DNA from: Eledone cirrhosa
Lineage: Eukaryota
Direction: 5' to 3'
Assembly (NCBI GenBank): GCA_964016885.1
Contig: OZ024743.1
Location: 24,800,001 to 24,864,000 of the forward strand
DNA: 64,000 nucleotides
Shown: in pieces, positions 1 through 12,000 of the stretch
Position numbering within the stretch: the stretch's first letter is position 1
Layout: every line of letters starts with the position of its first letter
The notes under the pieces: model-generated
Databases searched by the model: none
The model's input: the letters and a program-made list of their open reading frames with translations, nothing else
What the model was told of the DNA's origin: nothing
Translations under genes and position numbers: made by a program

Positions 1-3000
1 TGTGCTGACAGTTGGTTCTGTCCCTCCTCAGTCATCCCAACCTTGTTTGCTGTAGTTAACTGTGCTGACAGTTGGTTCTGTCCCTCCTCGGTCATCCCAA
101 CCTTGTTTGCTGTAGTTAACAGTGCTGACAGTTGGTTCTGTCCCTCCTCAGTCATCTCAACCTTGTTTGCTGTAGTTAACTGTGCTGACAGTTGGTTCTG
201 TCCCTCCTCAGTCATCCCAACCTTGTTTGCTGTAGTTAACAGTGCTGACAGTTGGTTCTGTCCCTCCTCAGTCATCCCAACCTTGTTTGCTGTAGTTAAC
301 AGTGCTGACAGTTGGTTCTGTCCCTCCTCAGTCATCCCAACCTTGTTTGCTCTAGTTAACAGTGCTGACAGTTGGTTCTGTCCCTCCTCAGTCATCTCAA
401 CCTTGTTTGCTGTAGTTAACTGTGCTGACAGTTGGTTCTGTCCCTCCTCAGTCATCTCAACCTTGTTTGCTGTAGTTAACTGTGCTGACAGTTGGTTCTG
501 TCCCTCCTCAGTCATCCCAACCTTGTTTGCTGTAGTTAACAGTGCTGACAGTTGGTTCTGTCCCTCCTCAGTCATCCCAACCTTGTTTGCTGTAGTTAAC
601 AGTGCTGACAGTTGGTTCTGTCCCTCCTCAGTCATCCCAACCTTGTTTGCTGTAGTTAACTGTGCTGACAGTTGGTTCTGTCCCTCCTTAGTCATCCCAA
701 CCTTGTTTGCTGTAGTTAACAGTGCTGACAGTTGGTTCTGTCCCTCCTCAGTCTTCTCAACCTTGTTTGCTGTAGTTAACTGTGCTGACAGTTGGTTCTG
801 TCCCTCCTCAGTCATCCCAACCTTGTTTGCTGTAGTTAACAGTGCTGACAGTTGGTTCTGTCCCTCCGCAGTCATCCCAACCTTGTTTGCTGTAGTTAGA
901 TGTGCTGACAGTTGGTTCTGTCCATCCTCAGTCATCTCAACCTCCTTTGCTGTAGTTAACTGTGCTGACAGTTGGTTCTGTCCCTCCTCAGTCATCTCAA
1001 CCTTGTTTGCTGTAGTTAACTGTGCTGACAGTTGGTTCTGTCCCTCCTCAGTCATCCCAGCCTTGTTTGCTGTAGTTAAATGTGCTGACAGTTGGTTCTG
1101 TCCCTCCTCAGTCATCTCAACCTTGTTTGCTGTTGTTAACTGTGCTGACAGTTGGTTCTGTCCCTCCTCAGTCATCCCAACCTTGTTTGCTGTAGTTAAC
1201 AGTGCTGACAGTTGGTTCTGTCCCTCCTCAGTCATCCCAACCTTGTTTGCTGTAGTTAACTGTGCTGACAGTTGGTTCTGTCCCTCCTCAGTCATCTCAA
1301 CCTTGTTTGCTGTAGTTAACTGTGCTGACAGTTGGTTCTGTCCCTCCTCAGTCATCCCAACCTTGTTTGCTGTAGTTAACAGTGCTGACAGTTGGTTCTG
1401 TCCCTCCTCAGTCATCCCAACCTTGTTTGCTGTAGTTAACTGTGCTGACAGTTGGTTCTGTCCCTCCTCAGTCAGCCCAACCTTGTTTGCTGTAGTTAAC
1501 AGTGCTGACAGTTGGTTCTGTCCCTCCTCAGTCATCTCAACCTTGTTTGCTGTAGTTAACTGTGCTGACAGTTGGTTCTGTCCCTCCTCAGTCATCCCAA
1601 CCTTGTTTGCTGTAGTTAACAGTGCTGACAGTTGGTTCTGTCCCTCCTCAGTCATCCCAACCTTGTTTGCTTTAGTTAACTGTGCTGACAGTTGGTTCTG
1701 TCCCTCCTCAGTCATCTCAACCTTGTTTGCTGTAGTTAACTCTGCTGACAGTTGGTTCTGTCCCTCCTCAGTCATCCCAACCTTGTTTGCCGTAGTTAAC
1801 AGTGCTGACAGTTGGTTCTGTCCCTCCTCAGTCATCCCAACCTTGTTTGCTGTAGTTAACAGTGCTGACAGTTGGTTCTGTCCCTCCTCAGTCATCCCAA
1901 CCTTGTTTGCTGTAGTTAACTGTGCTGACAGTTGGTTCTGTCCCTCCTTAGTCATCCCAACCTTGTTTGCTGTAGTTAACACTGCTGACAGTTGGTTCTG
2001 TCCCTCCTCAGTCATCCCAACCTTGTTTGCTGTAGTTTACTGTGCTGACAGTTGGTTCTGTCCCTCCTCAGTCATCTCAATCTTGTTTGCTGTAGTTAAC
2101 TGTGCTGACAGTTGGTTCTGTCCCTCCTCAGTCATCCCAACCTTGTTTGCTGTAGTTAACTGTGCTGACAGTTGGTTCTGTCCTTCCTCAGTCATCCCAA
2201 CCTTGATTTCTGTAGTTAACTGTGCTGACAGTTGGTTCTGTCCCTCCTCAGTCATCCCAACCTTGATTTCTGTAGTTAACTGTGCTGACAGTTGGTTCTG
2301 TCCTTCCTCAGTCATCCCAACCTTGATTTCTGTAGTTAACTGTGCTGACAGTTGGTTCTGTCCCTCCTCAGTCATCCCAACCTTGATTTCTGTAGTTAAC
2401 TGTGCTGACAGTTGGTTCTGTCCTTCCTCAGTCATCCCAACCTTGATTTCTGTAGTTAACTGTGCTGACAGTTGGTTCTGTCCTTCCTCAGTCATCCCAA
2501 CCTTGATTTCTGTAGTTAACAGTGCTGACAGTTGGTTCTGTCCCTCCTCAGTCATCCCAACCTTGATTTCTGTAATTAACTGTGCTGACAGTTGGTTCTG
2601 TCTCTCCTCAGTCGTCCCAACCTTGTTTGCTGTAGTTAACTGTGCTGACAGTTGGTTCTGTCCTTCCTCAGTCATCCCAACCTTGTTTGCTGTAGTTAAC
2701 TGTTCTGACAGTTGGTTCTGTCCCTCCTCAGTCATCCCAACCTTGTTTGCTGTAGTTAACTGTTCTGACAGTTGTTTCTGTCCCTCCTCAGTCATCCCAA
2801 CCTTGTTTGCTGTAGTTAACTCTGCTGACAGTTGGTTCTGTCCCTCCTCAGTCATCCCAACCTTGTTTGCTGTAGTTAACTGTGCTGACAGTTGGTTCTG
2901 TCCCTCCTCAGTCATTCCAACCTTGTTTGCTGTAGTTAACTGTGCTGACAGTTGGTTCTGTCCTTCCTCAGTCATCCCAACCTTGTTTGCTGTAGTTAAC

Positions 3001-6000
3001 TGTGCTGACAGTTGGTTCTGTCCCTCCTCAGTCATCCCAACCTTGATTTCTGTAGTTAACTGTGCTGGCAGTTGGTTCTGTCTCTCCTCAGTCGTCCCAA
3101 CCTTGTTTGCTGTAGTTAACTGTGCTGACAGTTGGTTCTGTCCTTCCTCAGTCATCCCAACCTTGTTTGCTGTAGTTAACTGTTCTGACAGTTGGTTCTG
3201 TCCCTCCTCAGTCATCCCAACCTTGTTTGCTGTAGTTAACTGTTCTGACAGTTGGTTCTGTCCCTCCTCAGTCATCCCAACCTTGTTTGCTGTAGTTAAC
3301 TCTGCTGACAGTTGGTTCTGTCCCTCCTCAGTCATCCCAACCTTGTTTGCTGTAGTTAACTGTGCTGACAGTTGGTTCTGTCCCTCCTCAGTCATTCCAA
3401 CCTTGTTTGCTGTAGTTAACTGTGCTGACAGTTGGTTCTGTCCTTCCTCAGTCATCCCAACCTTGTTTGCTGTAGTTAACTGTGCTGACAGTTAGTTCTG
3501 TCCCTCCTCAGTCATCCCAACCTTGTTTGCTGTAGTTAACTGTTCTGACAGTTGGTTCTGTCCTTCCTCAGTCATCCCAACCTTGTTTGCTGTAGTTAAC
3601 TGTTCTGACAGTTGGTTCTGTCCCTCCTCTGTCATCCCAACCTTGTTTGCTGTAGTTAACAGTGCTGACAGTTGGTTCTGTCCCTCCTCAGTCATCCCAA
3701 CCTTGTTTGCTGTAGTTAACTGTGCTGACAGTTGGTTCTGTCCCTCCTCAGTCATCCCAACCTTGTTTGCTGTAGTTAACTGTGCTGACAGTTGGTTCTG
3801 TCCCTCCTCTGTCATCCCAACCTTGTTTGCTGTAGTTAACAGTGCTGACAGTTGGTTCTGTCCCTCCTCAGTCATCTCAACCTTGTTTGCTGTAGTTAAC
3901 TGTGCTGGCAGTTGGTTCTGTCCCTCCTGAGTCATCTCAACCTTGTTTGCTGTAGTTAACAGTGCTGACAGTTGGTTCTGTCCCTCCTCAGTCATCCCAA
4001 CCTTGTTTGCTGTAGTTAACTGTGCTGACAGTTGGTTCTGTCCCTCCTCGGTCATCTCAACCTTGTTTGCTGTAGTTAACAGTGCTGACAGTTGGTTCTG
4101 TCCCTCCTCAGTCATCTCAACCTTGTTTGCTGTAGTTAACTGTGCGGACAGTTGGTTCTGTCCCTCCTCAGTCATCCCAACCTTGTTTGCTGTATTTAAC
4201 AGTGCTGACAGTTGGTTCTGTCCCTCCTCAGTCATCCCAACCTTGTTTGCTGTAGTTAACAGTGCTGACAGTTGGTTCTGTCCCTCCTCAGTCATCCCAA
4301 CCTTGTTTGCTTTAGTTAACTGTGCTGACAGTTGGTTCTGTCCCTCCTCAGACATCTCAACCTTGTTTGCTGTAGTTAACTCTGCTGACAGTTGGTTCTG
4401 TCCCTCCTCAGTCATCCCAACCTTGTTTGCCGTAGTTAACAGTGCTGACAGTTGGTTCTGTCCCTCCTCAGTCATCCCAACCTTGTTTGCTGTAGTTAAC
4501 AGTGCTGACAGTTGGTTCTGTCCCTCCTCAGTCATCCCAACCTTGTTTGCTGTAGTTAACTGTGCTGACAGTTGGTTCTGTCCCTCCTCAGTCATCTCAA
4601 TCTTGTTTGCTGTAGTTAACTGGGCTGACAGTTGGTTCTGTCCCTCCTCAGTCATCTCAACCTCCTTTGCTGTAGTTAACTGTGCTGACAGTTGGTTCTG
4701 TCCCTCCTCAGTCATCTCAACCTTGTTTGCTGTAGTTAACTGTGCTGACAGTTGGTTCTGTCCCTCCTCAGTCATCCAAACCTTGTTTGCTGAGTTAAAT
4801 GTGCTGACAGTTGGTTCTGTCCCTCCTCAGTCATCTCAACCTTGTTTGCTGTAGTTAACTGTGTTGACAGTTGGTTCTGTCCCTCCTCAGTCATCCCAAC
4901 CTTGTTTGCTGTAGTTAACAGTGCTGACAGTTGGTTCTGTCCCTCCTCAGTCATCCCAACCTTGTTTGCTGTAGTTAACTGTGCTGACAGTTGGTTCTGT
5001 CCTTCCTCAGTCATCTCAACCTTGTTTGCTGTAGTTAACTGTGCTGTCAGTTGGTTCTGTCCCTCCTCAGTCATCTCAACCTTGTTTGCTGTAGTTAACT
5101 GTGCTGACAGTTGGTTCTGTCCCTCCTCAGTCATCCCAACCTTGTTTGCTGTAGTTAACAGTGCTGACAGTTGGTTCTGTCCCTCCTCAGTCATACCAAC
5201 CTTGTTTGCTGTAGTTAACAGTGCTGACAGTTGGTTCTGTCCCTCCTCAGTCATCTCAACCTTGTTTGCTGTAGTTAACTGTGCTGACAGTTGGTTCTGT
5301 CCCTCCTCAGTCATCCCAACCTTGTTTGCTGTAGTTAACAGTGCTGACAGTTGGTTCTGTCCCTCCTCAGTCATCCCAACCTTGTTTGCTGTAGTTAACT
5401 GTGCTGACAGTTGGTTCTGTCCCTCCTCAGTCATCTCAATCATGTTTGCTGTAGTTAACAGTGCTGACAGTTGGTTCTGTCCCTCCTCAGTCATCCCAAC
5501 CTTGTTTGCTGTAGTTAACTGTGCTGACAGTTGGTTCTGTCCCTCCTCGGTCATCCCAACCTTGTTTGCTGTAGTTAACAGTGCTGACAGTTGGTTCTGT
5601 CCCTCCTCAGTCATCTCAACCTTGTTTGCTGTAGTTAACTGTGCTGACAGTTGGTTCTGTCCCTCCTCAGTCATCCCAACCTTGTTTGCTGTAGTTAACA
5701 GTGCTGACAGTTGGTTCTGTCCCTCCTCAGTCATCCCAACCTTGTTTGCTGTAGTTAACAGTGCTGACAGTTGGTTCTGTCCCTCCTCAGTCATCCCAAC
5801 CTTGTTTGCTGTAGTCAACAGTGCTGACAGTTGGTTCTGTCCCTCCTCAGTCATCCCAACCTTGTTTGCTGTAGTTAACTGTGCTGACAGTTGGTTCTGT
5901 CCCTCCTTAGTCATCCCAACCTTGTTTGCTGTAGTTAACAGTGCTGACAGTTGGTTCTGTCCCTCCTCAGTCATCTCAACCTTGTTTGCTGTAGTTAACT

Positions 6001-9000
6001 GTGCTGACAGTTGGTTCTGTCCCTCCTCAGTCATCCCAACCTTGTTTGCTGTAGTTAACTGTGCTGACAGTTGGTTCTGTCCCTCCTCAGTCATTCCAAC
6101 CTTGTTTGCTGTAGTTAACTGTGCTGACAGTTGGTTCTGTCCTTCCTCAGTCATTCCAACCTTGTTTGCTGTAGTTAACTGTGCTGACAGTTGGTTCTGT
6201 CCCTCCTCAGTCATCCCAACCTTGTTTGCTGTAGTTAACTGTTCTGACAGTTGGTTCTGTCCTTCCTCAGTCATCCCAACCTTGTTTGCTGTAGTTAACT
6301 GTTCTGACAGTTGGTTCTGTCCCTCCTCTGTCATCCCAACCTTGTTTGCTGTAGTTAACTGTGCTGACAGTTGGTTCTGTCCTTCCTCAGTCATCCCAAC
6401 TTTGATTTCTGTAGTTAACTGTGCTGACAGTTGGTTCTGTCCCTCCTCAGTCATCCCAACCTTGTTTGCTGTAGTTAACTGTGCTGACAGTTGGTTCTGT
6501 CCCTCCTCAGTCATCCCAACCTTGTTTGCTGTAGTTAACTGTGCTGACAGTTGGTTCTGTCCTTCCTCAGTCATCCCAACCTTGTTTGCTGTAGTTAACT
6601 GTGCTGACAGTTGGTTCTGTCCCTCCTCAGTCATCCCAACCTTGTTTGCTGTAGTTAACTGTTCTGACAGTTGGTTCTGTCCTTCCTCAGTCATCCCAAC
6701 CTTGTTTGCTGTAGTTAACTGTTCTGACAGTTGGTTCTGTCCCTCCTCTGTCATCCCAACCTTGTTTGCTGTAGTTAACTGTTCTGACAGTTGGTTCTGT
6801 CCCTCCTCAGTCATCCCAACCTTGTTTGCTGTAGTTAACTCTGCTGACAGTTGGTTCTGTCCCTCCTCAGTCATCCCAACCTTGTTTGCTGTAGTTAACT
6901 GTGCTGACAGTTGGTTCTGTCCCTCCTCAGTCATCCCAACCTTGTTTGCTGTAGTTAACTGTGCTGACAGTTGGTTCTGTCCTTCCTCAGTCATCCCAAC
7001 CTTGTTTGCTGTAGTTAACTGTGCTGACAGTTGGTTCTGTCCCTCCTCAGTCATCCCAACCTTGTTTGCTGTAGTTAACTGTTCTGACAGTTGGTTCTGT
7101 CCCTCCTCAGTCATCCCAACCTTGTTTGCTGTAGTTAACTGTGCTGACAGTTGGTTCTGTCCCTCCTCAGTCATCCCAACCTTGTTTGCTGTAGTTAACT
7201 GTGCTGACAGTTGGTTCTGTCCCTCCTCAGTCATCCCAACCTTGTTTGCTGTAGTTAACTGTGCTGACAGTTGGTTCTATCCCTCCTCAGTCATCCCACC
7301 TTGTTTGCTGTAGTTAACAGTGCTGAGAGTTGGTTCTGTCCCTCCTCAGTCATCCCAACCTTGTTTGCTGTAGTTAACTGTGCTGACAGTTGGTTCTGTC
7401 CCTCCTCAGTCATCCCAACCTTGTTTGCTGTAGTTAACTGTGCTGACAGTTGGTTCTGTCCCTCCTCTGTCATCCCAACCTTGTTTGCTGTAGTTAACAG
7501 TGCTGACAGATGGTTCTGTCCCTCCTCAGTCATCTCAATCTTGTTTGCTGTAGTTAACTGTGCTGGCAGTTGGTTCTGTCCCTCCTCAGTCATCTCAACC
7601 TTGTTTGCTGTAGTTAACAGTGCTGACAGTTGGTTCTGTCCCTCCTCAGTCATCCCAACCTTGTTTGCTGTAGTTAACTGTGCTGACAGTTGGTTCTGTC
7701 CCTCCTCGGTCATCTCAACCTTGTTTGCTGTAGTTAACAGTGCTGACAGTTGGTTCTGTCCCTCCTCAGTCATCTCAACCTTGTTTGCTGTAGTTAACTG
7801 TGCGGACAGTTGGTTCTGTCCCTCCTCAGTCATCCCAACCTTGTTTGCTGTATTTAACAGTGCTGACAGTTGGTTCTGTCCCTCCTCAGTCATCCCAACC
7901 TTGTTTGCTGTAGTTAACAGTGCTGACAGTTGGTTCTGTCCCTCCTCAGTCATCCCAACCTTGTTTGCTTTAGTTAACTGTGCTGACAGTTGGTTCTGTC
8001 CCTCCTCAGTCATCTCATCCTTGTTTGCTGTAGTTAACTCTGCTGACAGTTGGTTCTGTCCCTCCTCAGTCATCCCAACCTTGTTTGCCGTAGTTAACAG
8101 TGCTGACAGTTGGTTCTGTCCCTCCTCAGTCATCCCAACCTTGTTTGCTGTAGTTAACAGTGCTGACAGTTGGTTCTGTCCCTCCTCAGTCATCCCAACC
8201 TTGTTTGCTGTAGTTAACTGTGCTGACAGTTGGTTCTGTCCCTCCTCAGTCATCTCAATCTTGTTTGCTGTAGTTAACTGGGCTGACAGTTGGTTCTGTC
8301 CCTCCTCAGTCATCTCAACCTCCTTTGCTGTAGTTAACTGTGCTGACAGTTGGTTCTGTCCCTCCTCAGTCATCTCAACCTTGTTTGCTGTAGTTAACTG
8401 TGCTGACAGTTGGTTCTGTCCCTCCTCAGTCATCCAAACCTTGTTTGCTGAGTTAAATGTGCTGACAGTTGGTTCTGTCCCTCCTCAGTCATCTCAACCT
8501 TGTTTGCTGTAGTTAACTGTGTTGACAGTTGGTTCTGTCCCTCCTCAGTCATCCCAACCTTGTTTGCTGTCGTTAACAGTGCTGACAGTTGGTTCTGTCC
8601 CTCCTCAGTCATCCCAACCTTGTTTGCTGTAGTTAACTGTGCTGACAGTTGGTTCTGTCCTTCCTCAGTCATCTCAACCTTGTTTGCTGTAGTTAACTGT
8701 GCTGACAGTTGGTTCTGTCCCTCCTCAGTCATCTCAACCTTGTTTGCTGTAGTTAACTGTGCTGACAGTTGGTTCTGTCCCTCCTCAGTCATCCCAACCT
8801 TGTTTGCTGTAGTTAACAGTGCTGACAGTTGGTTCTGTCCCTCCTCAGTCATACCAACCTTGTTTGCTGTAGTTAACAGTGCTGACAGTTGGTTCTGTCC
8901 CTCCTCAGTCATCTCAACCTTGTTTGCTGTAGTTAACTGTGCTGACAGTTGGTTCTGTCCCTCCTCAGTCATCCCAACCTTGTTTGCTGTAGTTAACAGT

Positions 9001-12000
9001 GCTGACAGTTGGTTCTGTCCCTCCTCAGTCATCCCAACCTTGTTTGCTGTAGTTAACTGTGCTGACAGTTGGTTCTGTCCCTCCTCAGTCATCTCAATCA
9101 TGTTTGCTGTAGTTAACAGTGCTGACAGTTGGTTCTGTCCCTCCTCAGTCATCCCAACCTTGTTTGCTGTAGTTAACTGTGCTGACAGTTGGTTCTGTCC
9201 CTCCTCGGTCATCCCAACCTTGTTTGCTGTAGTTAACAGTGCTGACAGTTGGTTCTGTCCCTCCTCAGTCATCTCAACCTTGTTTGCTGTAGTTAACTGT
9301 GCTGACAGTTGGTTCTGTCCCTCCTCAGTCATCCCAACCTTGTTTGCTGTAGTTAACAGTGCTGACAGTTGGTTCTGTCCCTCCTCAGTCATCCCAACCT
9401 TGTTTGCTGTAGTTAACAGTGCTGACAGTTGGTTCTGTCCCTCCTCAGTCATCCCAACCTTGTTTGCTGTAGTCAACAGTGCTGACAGTTGGTTCTGTCC
9501 CTCCTCAGTCATCCCAACCTTGTTTGCTGTAGTTAACTGTGCTGACAGTTGGTTCTGTCCCTCCTTAGTCATCCCAACCTTGTTTGCTGTAGTTAACAGT
9601 GCTGACAGTTGGTTCTGTCCCTCCTCAGTCATCTCAACCTTGTTTGCTGTAGTTAACTGTGCTGACAGTTGGTTCTGTCCCTCCTCAGTCATCCCAACCT
9701 TGTTTGCTGTAGTTTACAGTGCTGACAGTTGGTTCTGTCCCTCCGCAGTCATCCCAACCTTGTTTGCTGTAGTTAGCTGTGCTGACAGTTGGTTCTGTCC
9801 CTCCTCAGTCATCTCAACCTCCTTTGCTGTAGTTAACTGTGCTGACAGTTGGTTCTGTCCCTCCTCAGTCATCTCAACCTTGTTTGCTGTAGTTAACTGT
9901 GCTGACAGTTGGTTCTGTCCCTCCTCAGTCATCCCAACCTTGTTTGCTGTAGTTAAATGTGCTGACAGTTGGTTCTGTCCCTCCTCAGTCATCCCAACCT
10001 TGTTTGCTGTAGTTAAATGTGCTGACAGTTGGTTCTGTCCCTCCTCAGTCATCCCAACCTTGTTTGCTGTAGTTAACAGTGCTGACAGTTGGTTCTGTCC
10101 CTCCTCAGTCATCCCAACCTTGTTTGCTGTAGTTAACTGTGCTGACAGTTGGTTCTGTCCCTCCTCAGTCATCCCAACCTTGTTTGCTGTAGTTAACTGT
10201 TCTGACAGTTGGTTCTGTCCCTCCTCAGTCATCCCAACCTTGTTTGCTGTAGTTAACTCTGCTGACAGTTGGTTCTGTCCCTCCTCAGTCATCCCAACCT
10301 TGTTTGCTGTAGTTAACTGTGCTGACAGTTGGTTCTGTCCCTCCTCAGTCATTCCAACCTTGTTTGCTGTAGTTAACTGTGCTGACAGTTGGTTCTGTCC
10401 TTCCTCAGTCATCCCAACCTTGTTTGCTGTAGTTAACTGTGCTGACAGTTGGTTCTGTCCCTCCTCAGTCATCCCAACCTTGATTTCTGTAGTTAACTGT
10501 GCTGACAGTTGGTTCTGTCTCTCCTCAGTCGTCCCAACCTTGTTTGCTGTAGTTAACTGTGCTGACAGTTGGTTCTGTCCTTCCTCAGTCATCCCAACCT
10601 TGTTTGCTGTAGTTAACTGTTCTGACAGTTGGTTCTGTCCCTCCTCAGTCATCCCAACCTTGTTTGCTGTAGTTAACTGTTCTGACAGTTGGTTCTGTCC
10701 CTCCTCAGTCATCCCAACCTTGTTTGCTGTAGTTAACTCTGCTGACAGTTGGTTCTGTCCCTCCTCAGTCATCCCAACCTTGTTTGCTGTAGTTAACTGT
10801 GCTGACAGTTGGTTCTGTCCCTCCTCAGTCATTCCAACCTTGTTTGCTGTAGTTAACTGTGCTGACAGTTGGTTCTGTCCTTCCTCAGTCATCCCAACCT
10901 TGTTTGCTGTAGTTAACTGTGCTGACAGTTGGTTCTGTCCCTCCTCAGTCATCCCAACCTTGTTTGCTGTAGTTAACTGTTCTGACAGTTGGTTCTGTCC
11001 TTCCTCAGTCATCCCAACCTTGTTTGCTGTAGTTAACTGTTCTGACAGTTGGTTCTGTCCCTCCTCTGTCATCCCAACCTTGTTTGCTGTAGTTAACTGT
11101 GCTGACAGTTGGTTCTGTCCTTCCTCAGTCATCCCAACCTTGATTTCTGTAGTTAACTGTGCTGACAGTTGGTTCTGTCCCTCCTCAGTCATCCCAACCT
11201 TGATTTCTGTAGTTAACTGTGCTGACAGTTGGTTCTGTCCTTCCTCAGTCATCCCAACCTTGTTTGCTGTAGTTAACTGTGCTGACAGTTGGTTCTGTCC
11301 CTCCTCAGTCATCCCAACCTTGTTTGCTGTAGTTAACTGTGCTGACAGTTGGTTCTGTCCTTCCTCAGTCATCCCAACCTTGTTTGCTGTAGTTAACTGT
11401 GCTGACAGTTGGTTCTGTCCCTCCTCAGTCATCCCAACCTTGTTTGCTGTAGTTAACTGTTCTGACAGTTGGTTCTGTCCTTCCTCAGTCATCCCAACCT
11501 TGTTTGCTGTAGTTAACTGTTCTGACAGTTGGTTCTGTCCCTCCTCTGTCATCCCAACCTTGTTTGCTGTAGTTAACTGTTCTGACAGTTGGTTCTGTCC
11601 CTCCTCAGTCATCCCAACCTTGTTTGCTGTAGTTAACTCTGCTGACAGTTGGTTCTGTCCCTCCTCAGTCATCCCAACCTTGTTTGCTGTAGTTAACTGT
11701 GCTGACAGTTGGTTCTGTCCCTCCTCAGTCATCCCAACCTTGTTTGCTGTAGTTAACTGTGCTGACAGTTGGTTCTGTCCTTCCTCAGTCATCCCAACCT
11801 TGTTTGCTGTAGTTAACTGTGCTGACAGTTGGTTCTGTCCCTCCTCAGTCATCCCAACCTTGTTTGCTGTAGTTAACTGTTCTGACAGTTGGTTCTGTCC
11901 CTCCTCAGTCATCCCAACCTTGTTTGCTGTAGTTAACTGTGCTGACAGTTGGTTCTGTCCCTCCTCAGTCATCCCAACCTTGTTTGCTGTAGTTAACTGT

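Noticed and set aside
18-31. Minisatellite chi-like core or PRDM9 13-mer (minus strand GAGGAGGGACAG)
   Set aside because: The resemblance is only partial. It does not match GGGCAGGAXG or CCNCCNTNNCCNC.
1-60. CENP-B box, telomeric repeat, tRNA/5S/SINE-derived unit
   Set aside because: The consensus lacks the CpGs that a CENP-B box requires. There is no TTAGGG-type motif and no recognisable Pol III A/B boxes or cloverleaf.
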